Below are positions 32,641-38,195 of a stretch of DNA of 38,195 nt, piece after piece (position 1 is the first letter of the stretch; every line of letters starts with the position of its first letter). This DNA comes from Candidatus Pacearchaeota archaeon. Its GTDB lineage: Archaea; Nanobdellota; Nanobdellia; Pacearchaeales; GW2011-AR1. Location of the stretch: NCBI GenBank assembly GCA_046705325.1, contig JBJKQQ010000002.1, forward strand, positions 1 through 38,195, in the 5' to 3' direction. Below the pieces are notes generated by a model, which worked only from the letters and a program-made list of their open reading frames with translations, ran no database searches and was not told where the DNA came from. Made by a program: the position numbers and the translations under genes.

Positions 32641-32826
32641 ATGGATCTGGATAAATTATATGATGATTACAACGTGTTGCTGGATTTGGAAGAGGATTCA
32701 TTGAAGAAATGCGAAGATGGCTACACTGCAGATTATGTTTTCGGGTGGTTTTATTTTCAAAGGTCTCTCTTAAAAGAGGTGATAATTAATGAAGAAGCTT
32801 CAAGAAGAATCCGGAATTTTTCTTAA
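32641..32826 (+). CDS. Possible small acidic protein (61 aa)
   Basis: It is the only ORF in a 263-nt spacer. GCTTTAAAC-type TATA lies about 25 nt upstream of the ATG. No recognisable motif. Confidence 0.3.
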   Translation: MDLDKLYDDYNVLLDLEEDSLKKCEDGYTADYVFGWFYFQRSLLKEVIINEEASRRIRNFS

Positions 32827-33392
32827 ACAACCTTGAAAACCTTTCTCAAGATCATGCTGAAGACGAGCGTAAAAATCAGGTAAAACCAGAACCAGCTCAT
32901 GAAGCCGAAAAATGTCGGATTAGCGACGAGCGTGTAACCAGTGTTTGCGGTGAAAAGGTCGCTGAACCATCTGAATAAAAGGATGAACGGGATCCCTGTG
33001 AACATTATCGGCCGCGTGCTCAATTTCATGCTGCGGCTCATTATGTCCATCTGCTTCTTGTTGAGCTCCGCCATTTTTTCAGGATGTTCCCTAACAGATT
33101 TCATCTCTTCCTGCATCTTCTTCTGCTCCGCTCTGATTTCTTTCAAAGTCTTCTGGTCCGTTCCGTACTTTTGCGCGATGATTGAAATGACCGAGATGAA
33201 AAGCACGAGAATAAGCATTCCTACCGTAAGGTTCCATTTGAGGAGAGCCCCGAGGCTCGGATCCAAAACAAAATGGACCGCCTTTTGAAGAAACGGCAGC
33301 TGGTTCCAAAGGAACGCTATCAGCAGCGAAAAAAGCATTACGAAGATCAGCGGTTTGTAACTTCCTTCTTTGTTCATGTTTTCTTTAGCCAA
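32823..33392 (-). CDS. DUF106 / EMC3-TMCO1-like membrane insertase homologue (archaeal YidC/Oxa1-like)
   Basis: TM, coiled-coil (KEIRAEQKKMQEEMK...KMAELNKKQMD..) and TM-TM layout. It lies directly downstream of secY. Confidence 0.65.
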   Translation of the reverse strand: MAKENMNKEGSYKPLIFVMLFSLLIAFLWNQLPFLQKAVHFVLDPSLGALLKWNLTVGMLILVLFISVISIIAQKYGTDQKTLKEIRAEQKKMQEEMKSVREHPEKMAELNKKQMDIMSRSMKLSTRPIMFTGIPFILLFRWFSDLFTANTGYTLVANPTFFGFMSWFWFYLIFTLVFSMILRKVFKVV

Positions 33393-33407
33393 AGTTGTCT
33401 TTTAAAT

Positions 33408-34856
33408 TTACTTGCCCGCCATTCTCCCGAGCGAAGGGTTGATTATCTCCGGATGTTGCTGTGCGATGTTCTGATAGAACTGATTTGCGATCATGATTAC
33501 CAGCAGGATGGATGTTCCCGAAACAAGCGCGCCCATCAAGTCAGTCAGCGCGGCGAGCAATCCAATCGCAAGTCCGCCCATGACCGTCAAGGGCATGATA
33601 TATCTGTCGAGAATCGTCTCCAAAACTCTCTGGTCCTGCCTAAATCCTGAAATCTGCAAGCCCGAAGATGCGATTTTGTGCGCCACTGCTTTAGCGTCCA
33701 TCTGCGATGTCTTTACCCAAAGGACCGCGAACAGCGTCGAGAAAGTCATGTAGAATATCGCGTGGATCACGCCTTGCAGGATGTATGAAGGCAGGAATCC
33801 TCCTCTTATAAGCAAATCGAGAATGTTTGTGTAACCGATCCAGAATGCCAATCCGGAAACGGCCTGGCCATTGACGAAATGTCCGAGGAAACTGAAATGC
33901 GACGCGAAGCTCGCCAGCGGGCTGCACGCTCCCGAAGCGCACGATGTCGCAGCTGTTTCGAAGATCCCTCCGAATAGTTGCGTGCTCGCTACCAGCGCTG
34001 CGGTGAATATAACCGGGATGACCGAAGCATAGAAGAACGACAAAGGCCACTTTATCTGCTGGCCTCTTCCGACCTGGCTTCTCACTCCCGCGCCAAACGA
34101 CAGCGGAATCTCGACTCTCAAGCTCTGCGCCCAGACTATCAGCAGGAAAATCCCGATAGTTACCGCAATCGCCGCTGCCGCCGAAACAAGCTCCGTGTTT
34201 TGCCTGGTTATTATGGACTGAATCAGGACAAGAATTTTTCCGGAACATGCCGTGCCCGAAAAGTTGAGAAGGCAATTGTTCCCGGACTGGTCCACGAATT
34301 GCAGCGAACTGGTTATGATTCTCCACGAAACTCCCGCCGCTATGAACAGGCTGATTCCGGAGCCGAGTCCCCACTTGGTCATAAGATCATCCATGTAATA
34401 AATCGCGATTCCTCCCAGAATCAATTGCAGTATTACGAGCCATGCAAAACCGCTTTGAGCCTGAAGCCCCTGCATCAAAACATAAACGAGGGCCTCGAAA
34501 ACTATGAAGAACAAGACCAAAACTTTTTGCAATCCCTGGAAGAACTTTCTCCCTTCAACATTCGTCGTATCAATATTCAGGATCCCTGCGCCCGTTAACA
34601 GCTGCAAAATAACCGAAGCCATAACGATTGGCCCGATACCAAGAGAAATTATGCTTCCGAAATTCGTTCCAAGAATTATCGCAAGATATTGGAACCGCGA
34701 AAGCGCGTTTTGCGACAGGCCGAAAAGCGGAATGTTCGCAAGAACGAAGAACGACGCGAGAACTATCAGCGTCCACTTCGCTTTTTCCTTGAATCCGAGT
34801 TTTCCTTCCGGCTGCTTGACCTCCGGTATAAACTTCAGGATGTTTCTGAAATCCAT
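33408..34856 (-). CDS. secY: Preprotein translocase subunit SecY
   Basis: 482 aa, 10-TM layout, N-terminal PEVK.P......FKEK..WT. Position after L15. Confidence 0.9.
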   Translation of the reverse strand: MDFRNILKFIPEVKQPEGKLGFKEKAKWTLIVLASFFVLANIPLFGLSQNALSRFQYLAIILGTNFGSIISLGIGPIVMASVILQLLTGAGILNIDTTNVEGRKFFQGLQKVLVLFFIVFEALVYVLMQGLQAQSGFAWLVILQLILGGIAIYYMDDLMTKWGLGSGISLFIAAGVSWRIITSSLQFVDQSGNNCLLNFSGTACSGKILVLIQSIITRQNTELVSAAAAIAVTIGIFLLIVWAQSLRVEIPLSFGAGVRSQVGRGQQIKWPLSFFYASVIPVIFTAALVASTQLFGGIFETAATSCASGACSPLASFASHFSFLGHFVNGQAVSGLAFWIGYTNILDLLIRGGFLPSYILQGVIHAIFYMTFSTLFAVLWVKTSQMDAKAVAHKIASSGLQISGFRQDQRVLETILDRYIMPLTVMGGLAIGLLAALTDLMGALVSGTSILLVIMIANQFYQNIAQQHPEIINPSLGRMAGK

Positions 34857-35135
34857 GTTTCACATAATAAAAGTCAGTTTTTAAAGTCTGCGAAACCTCG
34901 AATCACGACGGGTTTTTTGGATTGAAATATATGCGCTCGCGGATTGATTTAACTCCGAAATCGCCTTCGGCAGATTTCTCCATATAATATAATGATAAAG
35001 GGGAAAGATTTTCGGAGAAGCTATTCGACGCTTTTGCAGTCAGTTTAATTTTTAGTAACCGCATAGCATAAAATCTTAATCTTCCTCGCAGGCTCGGAAA
35101 AAGAGGTGATATTGAATCTAAAAATATGTCTGGAT

Positions 35136-35618
35136 TTATTCAGACTTAACTTCTTCGGTTTTCTTTCCGACAACAATCGCTTCTCCCCCCGCGGCTTTGA
35201 TTTTTTCTTCTGCCTGCTTAGAGAAACCTGCGGCTTTCACAACGAGCTTGTTTTTCACTTCGCCTTTTCCAAGAATTTTGTAACTCGCGAGATTCAATTC
35301 AAAACCTTTTGCGGTCTTTTTTGCGATTCCTGCTTTTTCCAGGTTTGAAAGATTCATTTCAATATCCTGAAGATTGATTCTGTCCGATTTGTCTTTTTTC
35401 GTTCCTCTGCTCGTAACTCCTTTCTTTCCGAAGTAATCGTTTCCGTAAAGTTTTGTGATGAGCGTTTTTTTCTGGTCCGCCCGCTTTCCTGTTCCTGCCA
35501 TTCCAGAACCGCCGCGCTGTCCGGACTTTCTCGCCATTTTTCTGGCCCCGTGCCCGTAGGTTCCCATTTTCTTTCCGCGGTATTTTCCTGTTTTCTTCTT
35601 TGCGTGTGTTTTTATCAT
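35136..35618 (-). CDS. rpl15: 50S ribosomal protein uL15
   Basis: GHGARKMARKSGQRGGSGMAGTGKR, with L30-L15-SecY synteny. Confidence 0.85.
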   Translation of the reverse strand: MIKTHAKKKTGKYRGKKMGTYGHGARKMARKSGQRGGSGMAGTGKRADQKKTLITKLYGNDYFGKKGVTSRGTKKDKSDRINLQDIEMNLSNLEKAGIAKKTAKGFELNLASYKILGKGEVKNKLVVKAAGFSKQAEEKIKAAGGEAIVVGKKTEEVKSE

Positions 35619-35684
35619 TTTTTATTATCCTGTTTTAGTTTTCTTTTACAGTGTAGCTTTTCTTTTTCTAAAAGAAAAACCCAT

Positions 35685-36110
35685 TTACAACATCCTCTCC
35701 AATAATAGATTTAATTTGTCTTTGTGATTTCCAAGAACGCCTTTTCCGACGCCAAAATGCTTCTTGCTTTCAATTCCTTTTCTTGGAGGATGAAGCGCAA
35801 AGAATGGCTTTATGTTCAAATCTTTGAATTTCTTTCCTGCCGCGATTTCTTTTGCAGCTGCCTTGAAGTCGACTTTCTTCGTCTTGTCGATTGCTTTTCC
35901 GCGCGCTTCAAGAAGTTTTCCGAACATTTCATCGCTTATTTCTCCGTAAGCGACAAGGTCTTTGACTTTTTTTATCATTCCCAAGGTTTCTTTTTCCGGT
36001 TTAGCGAATATCACGCACGAGTACTTCTTTCTCAATCTCAATCGGTTCAAGGTCTCTCCCATCTTTCTGTTCAATCCGACTCCGCCTCTGATTCTTATTG
36101 CTGCTATCAT
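35685..36110 (-). CDS. rpl30: 50S ribosomal protein uL30
   Basis: AAIRIRGGVGLNRKMGETLNRLRLRKKYSCVI. Confidence 0.85.
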   Translation of the reverse strand: MIAAIRIRGGVGLNRKMGETLNRLRLRKKYSCVIFAKPEKETLGMIKKVKDLVAYGEISDEMFGKLLEARGKAIDKTKKVDFKAAAKEIAAGKKFKDLNIKPFFALHPPRKGIESKKHFGVGKGVLGNHKDKLNLLLERML

Positions 36111-37036
36111 TTCCTAACCTCCACTGCCTTCGGATTTGTCTTTTCCAAGGCTGCCACGCAAGCCTTAACAAGATTGAATGAAGTTCTTTTCTTTCCCGAA
36201 GTCTTGCTGTAAATATCCTTGATTCCCGCGAGCTGCAAAACTTTCTGGATTTCTTTAGCTGCAACGAGGCCGGTTCCCTGCGGCGCCGGAATCAATGTTA
36301 CTTCCACGCTTCCGGATTTTCCTGTTACTTTAAATGGAATCGAGTGCTGTTCTGTGCACGAACATTCGAATCCCCCGCAAGCCCTGTTGATTTTTATCAG
36401 GTTCAATTTTGCTTTTCTCGAAGCCTTGTCTCTTGCAGGCAAGGTCTCTGCAGCCTTTCCTGATCCGATTCCGACGTGACCGTTTTCATCTCCGACAACC
36501 GCCAAAGCTGAGAAACTTGGGACGTTTCCTTCCTTTGTCTTTTTCTGCGTCTGTCTCCACGCTCTTCTCTTTCCGCCTCCGAACTTTCCTTTCGATTGTC
36601 CGATTGCGATTAAATCTGATTTAACATTAATCAAAGTGTCGATGATTTGCTCTTCCATGATTTTCTTTCCGCTGCTCAGGATTTCGTCGATGTCTTTGAT
36701 CTTTCCTTCCTTAACGTCTTTCCCCAGCTTTGTCTTCGCGTTCCATGGCAGGTGCTGTTCTTCTCTTGAGTATCTTCCGCGGCCTCTGCCATTTCTTTCT
36801 CTGCTTTCTTCTCTTGGAGTTTCTTCTTTCTTTTCTTCATTTGATTCTTCGCTTTTCTCTTCAGCTTCAACTACGTCAACACTTTCATTTCCTTCAAGTT
36901 CCTTGTCAAGTTCCTGTTCCAAATCTTCTTCAGTCGCTTCAGGATTTTCTTCGATAACTTTTTCCGCAGCGTCGGCTACAGGAGCTTCTAAAGCTTCTTT
37001 CCTGATTTGCTCTTTATCGCTTATTTTTTCCGCCAT
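36107..37036 (-). CDS. rps5: 30S ribosomal protein uS5 with a roughly 90-aa acidic N-terminal extension
   Basis: The C-terminal part, VVGDENGHVGIGSGKA.E...A..KA...AKLNLI and PAPQGTGLVAA, is typical uS5. Confidence 0.9.
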   Translation of the reverse strand: MAEKISDKEQIRKEALEAPVADAAEKVIEENPEATEEDLEQELDKELEGNESVDVVEAEEKSEESNEEKKEETPREESRERNGRGRGRYSREEQHLPWNAKTKLGKDVKEGKIKDIDEILSSGKKIMEEQIIDTLINVKSDLIAIGQSKGKFGGGKRRAWRQTQKKTKEGNVPSFSALAVVGDENGHVGIGSGKAAETLPARDKASRKAKLNLIKINRACGGFECSCTEQHSIPFKVTGKSGSVEVTLIPAPQGTGLVAAKEIQKVLQLAGIKDIYSKTSGKKRTSFNLVKACVAALEKTNPKAVEVRK

Positions 37037-37038
37037 TT

Positions 37039-37341
37039 TTATTGATTTGAGTTTGAGTATTTGGATTCTTTTTTAATTCTTCGATTGTATCTGAAATTTT
37101 CGACAGCTTCATATGCTTTCTGGATTAAATAAAAATCTCTTCCGGACACCATATCGGCAATTCCATCTGTTAAAGCAAACCCGCTAAAAGTATAAACAAA
37201 TGGAGCCGCTTCCCTAACTTCCGGCGATGATAATGATGCGATCGTAAATCCTGTCGCTACAAGTCCGCTTAATATTTCTATACCTCCAAGTAATCTTGTT
37301 CGATTCTTTTGCTTTTGTATTTCTTTCATTATATTTTCCAT
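37039..37341 (-). CDS. Hypothetical 100-aa protein wedged between rpl18 and rps5
   Basis: There are 1-nt and 2-nt gaps to the neighbouring genes. One hydrophobic stretch (LLGGIEILSGLVATGFTIASL). It is AT-richer than the flanking r-protein genes. Confidence 0.5.
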   Translation of the reverse strand: MENIMKEIQKQKNRTRLLGGIEILSGLVATGFTIASLSSPEVREAAPFVYTFSGFALTDGIADMVSGRDFYLIQKAYEAVENFRYNRRIKKESKYSNSNQ

Positions 37342-37342
37342 T

Positions 37343-37846
37343 TTATTTCCCTTTCTCGATGTTTGATTTTACTTTTTCGAAGATAGTTGAAAAATCTTTC
37401 TTCAGGCTTTTTCCCCGCATTCTTTCCTCTTCGGGGAAAGCTTCTTCTTTCTTCGTTCCGATTTCAACTCCTGCGTCTATCAGGCCTTTGATGAATGCGA
37501 ATGGCCTCGATTTGTGAACCGGCGAAATCATTCCGAAATCTACGATTGGAGTTTCTTTCTTCTCTTTAAGTATTTTCTTTCCCGTCAAAAATCCGGTCAG
37601 GTACGACGCTGTTATCGAACCGAGGCTTCCTTCATTTTCTTTCGGCCAGCCGTATTTCAAAAGCATCTTCGAAGTGACTCCGATTTCGACTTTGTCTTTT
37701 GCTTCCGAGCTCGTCACGTACTGCGCAATCAGATACCTGTTCGTCTTTCTGAAGACCACTCTCGGCTTCTGCGACTTCAGCATCCCTTTTCTCTTAAGGT
37801 AATTCGTCTTTCCTTCTTTCCTTCTTCTGAATTGTGTTTTCATCAT
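37343..37846 (-). CDS. rpl18: 50S ribosomal protein uL18
   Basis: FRRRKEGKTNYLKR..ML.S.KPR.VFRKTNRY.IAQ. Confidence 0.88.
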   Translation of the reverse strand: MMKTQFRRRKEGKTNYLKRKGMLKSQKPRVVFRKTNRYLIAQYVTSSEAKDKVEIGVTSKMLLKYGWPKENEGSLGSITASYLTGFLTGKKILKEKKETPIVDFGMISPVHKSRPFAFIKGLIDAGVEIGTKKEEAFPEEERMRGKSLKKDFSTIFEKVKSNIEKGK

Positions 37847-38195
37847 TTCCTCAAACCTCCGACGTATTCCCTAAGTTGAGCCTGACTTTTGAAATGCCTG
37901 TTTCTGATTTTGTTTCTTATGTCTTTGACTTCGTCTTTATCGAGCGCTTTTTTCTCTTTCAGCATAGCGACATATTTTCTCAATTTTCTCGTCATCGTCA
38001 TGTATTCTCTCTTTGTGTCTTTCGCTTTCTTTCTGATGTTTCCCTGGCTTCTCTTTGCCTTTTTCTTCGGCGCGCTTCTTCTCGCTTTTATTCCCTTGAT
38101 CATTATCGCGCCGTCCGCTTTCAGCCCGCGGATATCTTCCTTCGTGATGGCTTCCTTTATCTCTTCCAGCCTCGGCTCGAGGAAAACGATTCTCT
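37843..38195 (-). CDS. rpl19e: 50S ribosomal protein eL19; the N-terminus lies beyond the window
   Basis: The frame stays open upstream of the track's Met: ...EAITKEDIRGLKADGAIMIKGIKARRS... followed by the basic eL19 tail. Confidence 0.8.
   Translation of the reverse strand, partial: RIVFLEPRLEEIKEAITKEDIRGLKADGAIMIKGIKARRSAPKKKAKRSQGNIRKKAKDTKREYMTMTRKLRKYVAMLKEKKALDKDEVKDIRNKIRNRHFKSQAQLREYVGGLRK

Noticed and set aside
33691-34598. ORFs of 227 aa (minus) and 206 aa (plus) inside secY
   Set aside because: They are frame shadows of the clearly identifiable SecY gene. They are Arg/Ser/Pro-rich and show no motifs.
34953-34981. A hairpin in the 279-nt secY-rpl15 spacer (GAAATC-GCC-TTC-GGC-A-GATTTC). 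It was considered as a possible C/D-box or other small RNA.
   Set aside because: I could not find C (RUGAUGA) or D (CUGA) boxes in a proper arrangement on either strand. The stem is short with a bulge and a 3-nt loop, so the evidence for an RNA gene is insufficient. A covariance-model scan (Rfam) of 34857-35135 would settle it.
36636-37076. A 146-aa Ser/Phe-rich plus-strand ORF
   Set aside because: It is antisense to the acidic low-complexity extension of uS5. Antisense of GAA/GAG-rich repeats gives open TTC/CTC frames.
1-38195. A search for CRISPR arrays, rRNA genes and long tandem repeats
   Set aside because: I saw no regularly spaced direct repeats with unique spacers, no rRNA-like conserved segments and no tandem arrays on either strand.

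Overview
The window is archaeal, and its style fits a small DPANN-like genome. Evidence: eL21, eL19, Rpo3/Rpo4/Rpo10, RNase P Rpp21, AglB/STT3, and TATA boxes about 25 nt upstream of many ATGs, implying leaderless mRNAs. Conserved core blocks, visibly GC-richer, sit at both ends: rpoD-S11-S4-S13-DUF655-rpoF-L21e at 125-3518, and aglB, aglH-like, pfdA, DUF106, secY, L15-L30-S5-L18-L19e at 27352-38195. A tRNA/secFD block lies in the middle. Three AT-rich accessory segments interrupt this core. (1) A 5,350-bp cargo transposon (3836-9185) has perfect 17-bp terminal inverted repeats and a 9-bp target duplication. It carries a two-gene R-M module with no HsdR (S subunit plus a methyltransferase fused to a PD-(D/E)xK-like N-terminus), a SWIM-DDE transposase, and an untracked AbrB-like ORF coupled to a 113-aa ORF. 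(2) A LAGLIDADG homing endonuclease gene lies among tRNA genes; its ORF runs through a complete tRNA, and it follows a tRNA-Leu whose 3' end is duplicated. (3) A roughly 13-kb glycan-biosynthesis island (14196-27349) abuts aglB. Its secD-proximal edge carries a 73-nt perfect repeat of the secD 3' end and a deleted flippase pseudogene. No CRISPR array or rRNA was seen. All calls rest on reading motifs by eye; no database search was run.
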